In this document: positions 11,353 through 24,838 of the stretch, in pieces
How positions within the stretch are numbered: position 1 is the stretch's first letter
How the letters are laid out: every line of letters starts with the position of its first letter
Assembly: GCA_002633005.1 (NCBI GenBank)
Contig: NMRA01000540.1
Coordinates: 206,119-270,118 of the forward strand
Source of the DNA: Phoronis australis
Lineage: Eukaryota > Animalia > Phoronida
Reading direction: 5' to 3'
Length of the DNA: 64,000 nt
Notes under the pieces: model-generated
Seen by the model: the letters and a program-made list of their open reading frames with translations, nothing else
Told to the model about the DNA's origin: nothing
The model's database searches: none
Program-made: the position numbers and the translations under genes

Positions 11353-14300
11353 TAGACTATGCAAGAACACTGCTTCACCTGGCAATGAAGCCAAAACAAG
11401 AACAAAAATTTGTTTCCCTGAAACAGATTTCCAACACTGTTAACAGACAACCAAGGTGTCCAATACGGAAATGAAGAGACTGTGGATGCTGAGGATTTGT
11501 CCACTGCGTAAAAAATTAAAATTCAGTTTCCACAACAACTTCGATAAATCTCAGCAATTTATGACACAACATGGCCAACAAGTGAAATTCACATTTTCTT
11601 GTTTTTCCATGAAACAAATGTAACCCCTTGTACATGCTTTGCTGTGGCAGGATTTTGAAGAGCTGTGGCAAGTAATGAGAAAATGATCATCTTAGCAATT
11701 ATTTTTGCCCTGAAATGATGAGGTTTTACTGGGATCTGCCTAGGCCTCAAACAGCCGATGGCTTAGATAGATCGTGTAAGAACAAGGCAATATACCAACT
11801 CCCGTGAAAAAATGCACACGTGAAGTTTTCAAAAGTTTTTTTTATACTGCAAAGGTTCCTTGTATACAATTCAGATGTATTCTGCCACAACTGAATAAAT
11901 TATCGTAATTATGTAATCATTGCCATTACTGCTGCCATGAGTATTATAAACATTACCATCTTCATCATCATTATCATTATTTTTAATTATCAACTCTAAC
12001 TTGAGGCCTCCCAGCTACACATGAAGCTGTCATTGTGGACAGCTCAACTCTTTCTTTGTGCAAAGAAGTGGACATTCCTCCAGGACACAAGGAATTAATC
12101 AGGTAACCTCTTTGAGCAAATCTCATTGAAGATTATTTTTAGTTACAAGTATCAAGTCACCATCAGTCTGAGGTAGAGACACATGTTCAAGTGCAAAGGC
12201 ACTGCTCATGAGCAGTCACAAACAATAGATAGACTAGTTACTAAATTGAAAAATCAATTGTTCAGAGTAAATATCACCTGGACATGCTATGTCTAAAATG
12301 GCTTATCGCACGGAGAATTTTACCAAGGATTCTATACACTTACTTGATTTTGAAAAAATTGTGAAATTTTTACATATCTTAAATCGTCCAAACATCGGAC
12401 AAAAAACTCTAGCTAATTTTCAAAATCAAATTCAGAGCAATTTTTTTAACCTGGTTTCAATCGCAATTTTCACTGTAATTTTGGCAAAAACAGACATATT
12501 TAGACGAAATTAGTCAACAATTTGATCAACTTCCTGTACTCTTTGCTCTATAAATTGTCCAAAAATTGAACATTCTCAAATACAGCCCTCCATCCACATG
12601 CCTGTAAGTCACAACCAGAACATTGTCTGCATTCCACTACACTTTTTAATTACACTTTTGCACATAAAATGACTTACACAACATCAAGTCCCTGGTACTT
12701 AACGCACATTACCTGCATCGCCCAGGCAACACCGACTTTTCAAACAGGGTAAAAACTCACCTTGGGATGAAATATGACGGCCAATTAAAATCTAATATAC
12801 CATTTTTATACAAGATCTCCAGCATCAAATTCCCACCCTTCCGAGTTCAAACTCTCTAGCATGGCTGCAAAAGTATATTTTGAAAATATGTTGATATTCA
12901 CAGCCTTAAAAACAAAAATAAGAACAATTTTGGCAATTGCTTTTGCCGCATTGGCAAGATTATGTTGGAAGAGAGAAACACCCTAATACAGTTAGTTTTT
13001 CAACCCTTGAGCATTAAGCCTTATAAATGTAGTAAAGTGGAGCCCGCTTTATGTCATACCCTCAGCTTGTGCATAAATTATAGCAAGCGGGATATTCCAT
13101 AGGCAGCAACATTAAGCTATAGTAAGTGGACAGTCTAGCGAATATGGCAACCAAACAGGAAAGGACTGATTTTCACCCCAGATAAGACAATTGAATTGGA
13201 GATGAATTAGAGTTGGGTTTTAGAGATAGACAAGGTCTGCATGTTAATAAGCAAGAGGGATAATTTGTTTTGGAGATTTTTTAATGACAATGATTGGAAA
13301 TATGACAATAAATCATGATATTAAGTGGATAATTTTAAATGGATTTGATAGGAAATGATTGGGTTTAATGGCAGTTCATGACAACTGGATATTCTATCAA
13401 ATCTGGTATTACAGTAAGTGGGCTCCACTCTACTCCTGAACATAACAACAACACGTAACAAGTATGAGCTTACAGAAGTATGAAATTTTTTCACAATTTC
13501 CGACAAAAAAATTGTCCAATTTCCCCCTTTTTCATTGTTCAAATGCTTTTAACATTGTCGCGAACGATCACCTTTTTTCAAAACATTATGGATCTGATGG
13601 CAGCTTGGCACAGAACTTCACCACGGGAAAGCATTTTTATGGTGAGGCATGGCTTTCATGGAGAAGTAAAAAATAAAACTTCATAAACTTCATGCAAGCC
13701 AAATTGTGTCTTAAATTGGAAAGACGTTACAGTACCAGAATATATACTAGTAGTTTAGTGTTCTCCACATTCAAAAATTCAAACAGGTTGCATTTTCAAC
13801 CATTTCAAACAATGCGCAGCGTGTGCATATCGTAGCGAAAATTTATACTATTATGTTCAAAATGCTATTTTAACAGGTCAGAGGCAAAATCAAATAGGTC
13901 GCGGCGACCTGCTAAAATGGATCATAGAGAATACTGTACTGTGTTTCTGGGACACAAGAAGTCTGGAGACACTAGGCGAGTTCTGATTAGCATCTATTTC
14001 AAACAAGTTTTTTTTTCAGATTCAAGAAAAGGACACCGAAAGCTGTCGGACAAGCAGTTGCTAGTCCTATGCAGTGCTCACCATCTTTGAAAATCATAGT
14101 TTTGGCAAATGTTTTGGCATGAAATCTTTGCTAGGCGTATCATCAACTCACCAAATGGGGCATTTCTACAAGCTTCCCAAGTTAGTCCCAGCTTTGTTTT
14201 CATTACTTATACACAGCACCATGGATGCAATATGGAGTTCACTTGCTTCAACCAGATAACTCACTGACGCTAACTACTCCGAGGTAAAATTTCGAGACTT

Positions 14301-15195
14301 CTGGCATTATTATTTTGAATGGCGGCACATGTGAATTTGGCTGCTTCGATGTTTTGAGCATCACTTTGAGCACACCAATGTCAAAAATTGCCAAATGTAA
14401 TAAAGGGACAGGTTTACTGACTTGGATACCTGTATTACCATAACAAACCTAGTGCAGTGTTCCATTTCAACAATTATATTCAATAGAGCTACTTACAGCT
14501 TTTCATTCCGTGTTGTTAAGCTGACACAATATGGCACCAAACAGCTGAATCATCTATAATTTCAGTTGAGTTTAAATTTAAATCGCATTCACATATTTTG
14601 CCTCAGTAATGGTGAGCCTGTCTTGACATCCTAATATGGCATACATCTAAATACAAGTTCTTGGACTGAATGAAGGCTTTAAAGATGGCTGTTATATTTC
14701 AGACGACAGAATTTCCATAATTTGATTCAAGCCAATTTCCTCCTTTTCAAAATTACAGGAGAAGCCCTAAATTACAACAAAACGTACATAATCAATTCCC
14801 CAACCTGCCCAAAGGATTTTTTACCATTTGCATATTGTACAACAGCGCCTTCAAGCTGTTTTCTGTATTTCAAGAGATGAAGCTCAGATTACATTACAGC
14901 CATGGGCACCTAATCAATAGCAAATAAAGAAAGAGCCCAATCTAATCCTGAACACCACTGCCCAAGACAATGGATCACTAGTACTACTCTGTCACAGAGA
15001 CAGATGTTTAACAAGAGGAGACGGAAATACAGAAATAAGACCATTCTCAATTTGCTGTCTTAGCATCATAAGAAATTCCTCTTACAATAGGAAAATCAAT
15101 ATAACAGACACGTTTACTATTATGTAGTTGAGGTATCAGTATGATGTATTTCGAGCATGCCATATGATCACCGATGTCTCACAAAGTTCTGCTTT

Positions 15196-15285
15196 CGTGA
15201 CAGTTCTGTTTAAGTGACAGTTAACTTATGTTTCCGTGACAGTTCTGTTTAAGTGACAATTCTGTTTCAATGACAGTTATGTTTC
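15196..15285. repeat. Short tandem repeat gtgacagttctgtttaa
   Basis: About 5 degenerate copies. Confidence 0.7.
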
Positions 15286-18200
15286 TTATTTCTACTTGAC
15301 AATTCCTCAAAAAGAAATTGCTCACCATATCTTCAGCAATCAACACTTAGCTTAACGCCAAGTCACATTTGGCAACCTGGAACAAATCTGATGTCGCCAA
15401 ACAAAATCTGGGATCATCAAAACTGAAAATCCTAGGTCGCCAAATGAAAATCTCGGTATATCAGATTGCCAATTCAGCCAGTCAATTAAAAAAAACTCAA
15501 AAATGAAAAAATAAAAAGGTTGCATGGATGCAACGACTTGCATTCTCAGTGGTACACTCATTCTATAACTACATTCCTCCTGCAAACAACAAACTATTGA
15601 ACGCAGACGTACTTCACCGATCTTGCCCGGCTATAAACGAACAATTCCGACTTCCATATGCTTTTCTCCACTTATCTCGCACAAGCATAATTGTAAATTT
15701 CATGCATTTTGGAAAGCTTATTACCTGAGCTGCTACTAACAAAGACTATTCTGTAGCAACAATGTAACTACAAACCATGATAGTAGTGCATGATACATCG
15801 TATATCAGTAATATTCATTGCATTAATACAAAATATGGAAATGATAAATGTCGAAACATGTTGAAACGGTGCATATACAGTTCAAACAAATATGGTAACT
15901 GCAAGGCAGATGAGAAGAGAGAAACACTTGATGACTAAGCCAATAAGAACACCACAGAAGTGCCTCCTTGTATTAACTCTGGCTGTGCTATGAATAACAC
16001 AGCCAAGTCAGAAGAAAAGACAGTCATGAGTTGATTCAAATATTGTGCAATACCTTGTGAGGAGAAGACCAAGTCAATAAACTAAGGTGAAAGAAGCCCA
16101 ATCCTTTAGACAGACATTGAGACAGGCAAATCAGAAAGGGGATGTTGTTAAAGCCTTAACCAAGGTGCGCTCTGACTACAGAATGTTTGTCCTTTGAAGT
16201 ATCAAGGGGACTAGGCAGAGCAGTGCTGGCAGCATTAATAACGGACCTTACTTGTTCACATTACATTTTCGCTGCTAGAGCAAAGCGGCAGCACTTTACC
16301 CAATAGCAGCGCCTTAAAGTAGGACTACGTGGGAGGTTGATACAACGAAAACAAGGGTCACAGAAAACAATCACACAAAAATGAAAACAAAAGGAAGCGA
16401 ATCCGGCCAAATTCGGGCAGATCCCATCACCCACTGTGACTAGTTAACTTAACAGGAAACGGTTTTCTAAATACAAAAATACCACCTCCCGTAAGGTAAA
16501 GTTTCTCAAAGCCCTCGGCCAGGTACTAGTCTGTTTTCTAAAACATGGCTAAAAAAGCGAGTCAACTGCATGAAACGCTTCAGACTGGCGAAAAAATTTG
16601 TACCGATTCTCAAATCAGAAACTGGATCCTGGGCCGTGGACTACAGCAATGGAATCGGAAGTGCTACTTACCACCAGGTGGAACNACCACCACAACAAAA
16701 CTAGATGTAGGCTGTAAAAATGGGTCTGACCTTGAAACAGGTGGCAGCAGAGATGGGAGAGCATGCAGGCAGCGAGTGGATAAGGCACTCAGAGTAGCAC
16801 TGGGGATATTGCAGTTTTGTAATTAAGGACGCCATCGGGCCTGAAGCCATTTGCGACCGACTTCAACTTTATATTGGAACACTTAAGCTTAGCAATGTCA
16901 TTGACACTGCTGGTTGGGCAAAAAGGTAATTCAAAACAGTAGTGTCTAGACCTTTTGGGGACGAATTAAAAGCAAGGTGAACAATGAGTGTCCAATGCGC
17001 CTGAATTACCAATTGGTCTCTAGACAGGTGACTCAACAGGTACTCTTACACATAACTATGAAGCCCAGAGTAAAATCCACAGCTGACAAATGAAGGGATA
17101 GTGTGGGAGGGGAAATTCAAATGGCAAAACTTCAAGATAGATCCAGGCAAAGATTGAATGACTAAGAAATCTTGTACAAATAATTCTAAAACAGTTAATT
17201 TAATCTACACTAATCTTAACTAACCACTGTCGATTATCTGTAGGTTGGACCTTTGACACTTCCAAAGAGGGCAGAAATGCAAGAACGCACTAATCATGTC
17301 CTAAGCTACCAAAGGGTTGCATTCGTGGTTCGCCAATGAAGAATTCTGGGTGGAACTGGAGATAGTATAGCAGTCAATTTGCAAAGCAATCATTTTGAAA
17401 AACTTGGTTAGCTGTCGACTTCTGCTAACAAGTAGGATGAAGTGGCAGCAAGATCTTTGTCTTGCTTATAAAATGTGCAAATGTCTATTTATCGCAAAAG
17501 TGTATGTTAAAATTTGAACACTGACACTACATCCAAAATACTATAATATGGGTTCCTACTTGAATTCTCCAATAGTCTGTTTCTCAGTGTTTCTTGACTT
17601 TCAAGCAAAAAGCAGTCTTTGGCTCACCAGGCTCAGCTCGTTTCATTAAAACATGCCAAGACTGAAACCATAGTCTGCTCGAGTAAACTAAAAACTGTGC
17701 TTCATACCGACATTATTGGCCATAAAATCTTATTTTTGTGATCAGCACCAGTCTCGGTCAAATGCTGTGATGGCTTAGAAAATCCCACTTAATAAATGGC
17801 AGAAAGCGAATTTGACTGGTAATGTCGCCGGCCTTCATGTCAGCAAATATCTGGTGGATAATGGTGGTCATTGGCGATTTGTAATGAAATCACAAAAACA
17901 TACCAAATTCCATCGGCCTATAACTCCTGTTAAAGCTGATAACTTCAAAAGTCTCATGTTAAGTGCCCGAGCCTCGTATTTATTCTAAATTCAACATAAA
18001 TTGTTGCTGAACTTCAGTGCAAAGGCAGTATTCACAATACGCTCAACTTAAGACCGTGAATCACCAGGACTTATCATGCCCTGAATGTACATACCAGAGT
18101 CACATAGGTTACACGTCCAAGTTCACTTTACAGCCACCTCCAAAATATCCAAATTTTCAATATCAACACCCACCCCCACCCCAAATTAAAAAATGGTCAA

Positions 18201-18342
18201 GTGTTCGGCTAGTGTCTTCATCTTGAATTCCATAATTTAAGCGCTGTAAGTTGGCCCTAATAAGCATAGTAACGGCATAAAAATGACACCGTGGCACACC
18301 GAAATGTCAACTAATTAAAACTGGGGTAGATTACGAACTAGT

Positions 18343-19034
18343 GTAAATAATAAAATGTCAGCAACATTAAAAATATGTTGATCACTCCAAAGGGACCATT
18401 GAGAGACAGATCCAAAAAAGGAGACAGTATTGTAACACCGTAAGTGTTGTTTGAAACAATTTCATTTTAAGGATATGTAGGACCCTATGAAAATGATCAA
18501 AACTCTGCGCTTTACACTGTTCTCCAAATCTCTTGAGTTAGGAATTGTTTTTAACACGTTCCACTATAACATGAAGGTATCAAAAATACGACTTTTTACG
18601 ATTTACATGTAAAGTCTTTTGAGTCGCATAACACAAAATGATTTTAGAAAACTGTAACAGTGTGTTCGATATCCCATCTNGTAAATAATAAAATGTCAGC
18701 AACATTAAAAATATGTTGATCACTCCAAAGGGACCATTGAGAGACAGATCCAAAAAAGGAGAATGCGAGACAATATTGTAACGCCGTAAGTGTTGTTTCA
18801 ATTGTTTAAAACAATTTCATTTTAAGGATATGTAGGACCCTATGAAAATGATCAAAACTCTGCGCTTTACACTGTTCTCCAAATCTCTTGAGTTAGGAAT
18901 TGTTTTTAACACGTTCCACTATAACATGAAGGTATCAAAAATACGACTTTTTACGATTTACATGTAAAGTCTTTTGAGTCGCATAACACAAAATGATTTT
19001 AGAAAACTGTAACAGTGTGTTCGATATCCCATCT
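18343..19034. repeat. ~340 bp direct duplication joined by a single N (probable haplotype/assembly artefact)
   Basis: 18343-18679 repeated at 18681-19034 with two small indels; n at 18680. Confidence 0.88.
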
Positions 19035-20730
19035 TGAACATTTATTATCAAGTAAAATTTGATCATGCAATTGATATCATAGTTTTGCACTTTTCTTTTT
19101 TGCCAAATTTTGCTAAAAAAGACATGCTCACGCAGGACTCTCAATCCCTCGATTCTGAGACTGAATATCTGCACTATTCCACCCTGAAAAATATTAAAAA
19201 ATCATGCGAAATTCCCCTCACCAGGCCCAAAATTCCCCTCAAGTGATTGAAAACTCCCACGAGGTTTGAATCACTTGAAACCCATGCATGCCACGATTTG
19301 AAAAAGCACAAAAGTTAGTTTTCGATATTTGACGCAGAGCCTATGATATTTGAGGCAGAGCCTATGAGTGGTTGCAACAAGAAGGAGGATGCAATTGATG
19401 GTGATCCAGAGGTAGAATTTCCCCAATCCCAAAAAATTCCCCTCTCAAAAGGCATAGGCACCTTTTTTCCCAGATGAACAAAAACTCTGTCATGTGACCC
19501 AATTAATAACCGATTGTTAAAAAGTCAAAGGTTAAGTTCCACAGGCTTTGTACTTTCAGAAATAATACACTTTACTGAGTCAGGGCTTGGAATGACCAAT
19601 GACAAAAAACGCGGAAACTTTTACGGCCCAAATCACGCGCGCTATCCAGCCTTGAAATGGTCAATGTGAACCTTTCCGCGACAAAGATCGGGAGGACTAA
19701 AAAAAACAACAAAAAAACGTTATTTGTCGCCGCGGTTTACAATAACACGACACGCCATTGAAAATCCCACCACGCTATCCCAGATGCCCCGGCAATGTTG
19801 ACAATGTACGTTCCTCCGAAACATAAAGAGCAACTTCCGCTTTTCGAGGTGAACGTCGTCTGCATGACTTCTGACAGAGACAGACCAATGTTCTCAAACC
19901 CATTATATATGAAATCAATTGAATTGCTTAAGATATATTTACCAGGGTTCAGTAGGCAATTTTCCTTTGTTTTAAGAATGCTGGTGCATACTTTTGCTCT
20001 ACATTGCCAGTATTAACTATCCAACACCACGTATTGCAGGTATAACCTCGCTGATATGCAGAGAAAAACTTACGGTGCACATAACCATAAAATCCAGCCA
20101 TCTTTAGGTATCATTGGAATTCATCCAACACTGATAACCCTGGCAGAAAACAACAGTATGCCAAATGAATCCAATTATCACTCCACCAGGCTTTTAAACA
20201 AAACACGTCATTCCAACTGATCAGACAACAGGCACTATGTCCGTCTGATGGGATCTCCTTAAATTTCCAGCAAGGACAGCAAGATATTTGTTGGAGAAAA
20301 GTTGAATCTTTCTGGTAGCAGAACAAGCGTTAAACTGGACACCGTATCTCAAGAGGAAATAACCATAAATAAACGTGAAAATCATTGCCGATTCATGACC
20401 CTACCCTTGCATAAGGTTGTTACGTAACTTAACCGGGGAAAGATGAACGAGTGCGCGGGCGATGACCCTCGCTGATCCCAGCGTGAAATTTTGTTTACGG
20501 CGACGCCCGCTCCCCAAGAAGCGGGGAAACACGGAGCGGAGAATGACAGGTGAATATTGACAATCGTTCGACTAGTGCACACTACTGAGACGGGATCGCA
20601 CTCTAATTTTCAAGAACATAATTTCAATCCATGCGCACGATTTCAACAAATGCAAAGACGCCATCTTGTTTTCAATGCATTACATTTTCGAATCTGCAAA
20701 TGAACGATCGTGAGATTCTAGGCAACTTAC

Positions 20731-20749
20731 CCAGTCTGGATCTATCCAT
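20731..20749 (-). CDS. RXR: RXR coding exon 1 (initiator exon, MDRSRL)
   Basis: ATG GAT AGA TCC AGA CTG G|gtaagt; phase 1 matches exon 2 (G|AC = Asp); MDRS start resembles mollusc RXR N-termini; adjacent to a CpG-richer stretch with a YY1-like cgccatctt motif near 20659. Confidence 0.8.
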
Positions 20750-21073
20750 TTTTCATTTCAGATAATAAATGCAATAATCGGTACCCTTATGGTCACTAAA
20801 TTCAACCGATAAGCTCGCCGAAGACAACGTATTCAGAAGCGTAGGTTTTAGATCCTTGACCCAACTATGCACTTTTAATACCACGCTACTTATGTGGTCG
20901 AGTTTGCTTGTGACATGTTATTGCTCACTCCCTTCGTAAGCTCGATTTACACTAAACGAACAAATTGCAAACTGTTGTTTTCAAGGACTGGTACAAAGGA
21001 GTACATTTTTGAGAAATTTGAAAATTGTCATTCTTTTTATTTTTTAACAATACTGAATAAGGTAGTGGCTCTG

Positions 21074-21096
21074 AGGTCAGGGGTCATTTGAGGTGA
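21074..21096 (+). promoter_or_regulatory. Composite nuclear-receptor response element: DR1 (AGGTCA g GGGTCA) overlapping DR4 (GGGTCA tttg AGGTGA)
   Basis: Sequence aggtcaggggtcatttgaggtga, 325-347 bp upstream of the RXR ATG; function not demonstrated. Confidence 0.6.
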
Positions 21097-21226
21097 GTGG
21101 ATTCAAGCGCCATCTACCATTTGATGTGATACACCACGAAACTTCTGAGAGAGAGTGGGGAGTGANGAGGGGGAGAGGGAGAGGATCAAAGAGGTAGAAG
21201 AAAAAACAGTCGGTGTCCCCAGAAAA

Positions 21227-22640
21227 TTTGTTTTTTAATGTTTATTACGAAATCTTCAATACAATGAATATACATTGCCCAGAAAGCGCCGAGAGGCATT
21301 ATATCTGGGTTTAATAAATACAAAGAAATTTATATACAATTATTATACACAAATACATAAATTAAAAAACTGATGTTATGATTACCTTGACATATGATTA
21401 CGAATGTAAATAAATAATGTTCATACACAATAAGTTATTTTACATGTATACTGTCCACTCACACAAAGAGATTTAATATTATAAAGAAATTTTGACATTG
21501 CTCACATCTCGAATAAAACCTTATTTTCATTTGGGTGGAGTTCGTGACATCCATAGAGAAAAAAATGTTGTTCATTTGAGGAATATCAGAATATTTTTTG
21601 TAAACACTGGGGTATTGTTCGAGTGTCTGGAAAAGCTGTGCCCTCTGCTCCCTGCATACCTCACAAGCAAAGAAAACATGAGCATTTGTCTGAGTGTCTC
21701 CACGGGAACACAGTGGCAAAATATTATTAAAATTATGTCTAAATTTCTCGTTGTTTAGGAATAGACCGCATCTTGATCTGTATAGGATTATTTCCTAGTT
21801 GCGAGGTAGTTGGAATGATGTCAATGGGACTGGCAAGTCTTGAGTACCGGTATGCAATTTAAAGTTATTTGTGAGAGTGACGGTTGAAGTGCTTTCTTTT
21901 ATTTTGGATGGTAAAGATTCCAGATGTCAATGCAAGTTAATATCGTAGATCTCCTGAAGGCTTGGCTGAGAGAAGATGGAATAGTGTATACATTACTTTT
22001 CCACAGTCCTGGTCTGGTGTTAATTCTTTTGTAGGAGTCAAAGAGGATTTTGTTTGAATAATTGTTTATGTTGTTTAAGACTTCGAATGTATTCATGGAC
22101 AGGTGGAGTTTACGAAGGGTTGATAGTTTGCTCCAGTTGAGACTATTTAGAACCTTGATTGTGTTGGGTGCTTTGTGTGCTCCTGCTATTGCTAAAGCTG
22201 CTTGGTATTGTAGTCTTTCTAATTGAAGAAGTATGCCAGCGTTTGCAGATTGGTAGATTATGTCACAGTAATCTAGATGTGGAAGTACAAAAGACTTGAA
22301 CAGTTTCAAGATGCATGGAGCTTATGGTCTAGTAGCAATCCAAGGTGTTTGTATGTGAACTTATTGGGAATAACTTCCCCGTTTAGTGATAATTCCAGCG
22401 TTGGGTTTGTTTGGAAATGAGTGTTATTAGAAAATATATAATCAGCAATTTTTCAAGTTTAAATTTATCTTACATTTGAAAGACCGTCATAAAACTTGTT
22501 TCGATCAGTTTGCAGGAGTCATGGGTATGTTTCTTTGAGAATAGTTAGAAAATTGCAGAGTCATCAGCATATAAGAATGTTTTAGAGTTTATTGTGTCTG
22601 GAAGATCATTGATGTACAGTAAAAAGAGTGCGCTACCCTG
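21227..22640 (-). mobile_element. 5'-truncated, degenerate non-LTR retrotransposon (CR1/L2-like LINE ORF2 3' half)
   Basis: Minus strand QGS.ALFLLYINDLPDTINSKTFLYADDSAIF*, KSFVLPHLDYCDIIY...LERLQYQAALAIAGA, C-terminal CxC...HVFFAC; AATAAA plus short A tail at ~21230-21246; stops and frameshifts. Confidence 0.92.
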
Positions 22641-24684
22641 TGATCGTAACACCACTAACCTTTGTCAGTTAATTCTTTCGATTAAAAGCAGCAGACATTT
22701 TTGTTGAAGAAAATACAAAAGTTTGTGAAAACTCTTAAAATCTTGTCTATTTCCATGTCTAAACAACTCGTAACCAATCAAAAATGTTTGCGGATAAAGG
22801 AGAAACGAGTTTTCTAATAATAAGATTTGGATTTTCATGTTCTTGATAAGCATACAAAGTTGCCGCTCAATATCACTGGGATGAACAACGGAAGGCCAAA
22901 AGGGTTTGTCCTATTGGCAAAATAAAAACACTTAACGTTAAAGACGTAGCACGAGAAACAAAATCCAATGTCTTCAGGTCTCAGAGACTAGTCTCCAAAG
23001 TCGTAAATCAACTCGAAAACTGAACAATTGCATTTCATACCTCGAGTAAACCTACAAATTTGTACTCGAAGGGCAGCAACAGGACCCTGGGCGTAAGAAT
23101 TCGTGTGATCGTAAAGTTAAGCTGATACGTTGTGACCTAATGATTGTTTCGTAGTTGACATAATGAAATCTTGTGAAATTGAAATGCATGCATAGACACT
23201 GGTAATACGTGTAAGGCATTTTAAACGTGAGTTAATATGCGAACAATTTCATGAATTTGCGTAAAACAGTGTTTTAAAGTAAACTTAAGGCTCCGGATAT
23301 TGGTGTGTCACATATTTTGTTTAAATTCTCTATTTGGCTCGTGGAATGTAATAACGAATCTAGCGAATAATTTAGGGTCTTATTATTCATCGAGAAGTAC
23401 TGCATGTACTTGTATTTAATTTGCAACATAATTTCAAGCATTTATTTGATTTCTCAGTTGAAAACTTTTGAATTTCCTCTGGTTTTACCCCTTGAACTTC
23501 ATTCCGAACATTATTCACTTCTTAAGGCCCATTGAACTAGTAACTAGTCTTTTTCATCATTTATGAAAACATTAAAAACAATTTTTAATACTCCGTAAGT
23601 GAAGTGTTACACATGACACTCCTACAAGTTACATAAAACTTCAAAAGTGAGTTTAGGCAATGCGTTGTCAAATCAAGTCTCTTAGAAATGTTTCACAAGG
23701 ACAAGATTATACGCAAAGACTGTCTGCGTGATACGCTTTTGTCGAGGACAATGCACGACTCTTATCCACAGCAAGGTATGCGCCTGTGTAAAAGACACCT
23801 GCCCATACGAAATAGTCCCTTGAGTAAAGAATTTCATAAAAAACACATAACTGGCTTTCAAAAGGTTTTTGGACATAGGAGAATGTTGGGTGGATTACGT
23901 TTGACATCTCCATTCCAAAATAAAATTACTGGTTTTTCTCTTGTCAACAGGCTCTTTCGCCAAAAATGGTTGTCTAAATGAAAACTGATAAGTAAAATAT
24001 GATGACAATTGTCAGCTTGGCATCAACATTAACTGATAAGGGCCGTCAATGTTGATACTTATTGCAGAAAGTGGTATTTTGAAGTTTTTTCTAGGAGTTG
24101 AAACAAAGGGGGCAACCCGATCGCAGATATCGAGGAGTTTTCAACGGTAAAAATGACGCCGATGTGGAGAATAATTCAAACAACAGTGTCATTTGATTTC
24201 TGCAGTGGATATTGTGTTTGATTTGGTCGGACACAGCGGTTGAAAGTGGAGGGATCATTATGTGGCGCGTGCGAAGACGATAAGACGAGTCTAACTGTGC
24301 AAACGAAATAATTGTTGGTCGTCTTTCTACAGGAGTCAGCTGAGCCGTTTTCTTAATGTTTGTGTTTTGGAAAAGAAATTTTGCGATTCTTGGAATATGA
24401 AAAACACGATTAGTTTCCAGTGGCATTTATATTTTAAAATTATCGCATTTCAATTTGATAAAATCAAGTTAGTTGGTATTATGAATATTACTAGGTACTA
24501 ACTAAAACAAACATTCGACTTTCGACAGAAAAAATCGTCGTGAATATAAATAGATGAGGCAGGTGTATATTTACATTTCCGTAAGTATCGATAAAAATAT
24601 CGTTAAAAAGCTGTTTCACTAAGTCAAGGTACAGTAAATATCGGATCTTCAGTAGATAACTCTCAATCTCGTTCTTAACCTTTT

Positions 24685-24838
24685 TCAGTCTTATCTGTGT
24701 AATTCGGTATTAGCCCTTCATTGTCACAAACTTGGTAAATAGCAGATTGATTAGAGACAACGAGCGAGTACACAAAGTAATGTCTTCAACCAAGTTTGTT
24801 ACAACGAAGGGCTGCCACCGAATTACAGACGAGACTGA
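24685..24838. mobile_element. Small foldback MITE (~50-55 bp arms)
   Basis: tcagtcttatctgtgtaattcggtattagcccttcattgtcacaaacttggt versus reverse complement of right end tcagtctcgtctgtaattcggtggcagcccttcgttgtaacaaacttggt. Confidence 0.8.

Noticed and set aside
12761-12825. Alternative RXR first coding exon (MLEILYKNGILDFNWPSYFIP, AG|gtgagt)
   Set aside because: It ends in phase 2, incompatible with phase-1 exon 2, and the phase-1 frame has a stop and no later ATG. A non-coding exon cannot be excluded.
18343-19034. Direct repeat resembling LTRs
   Set aside because: The copies abut across a single N with no internal sequence; likely allelic overlap.
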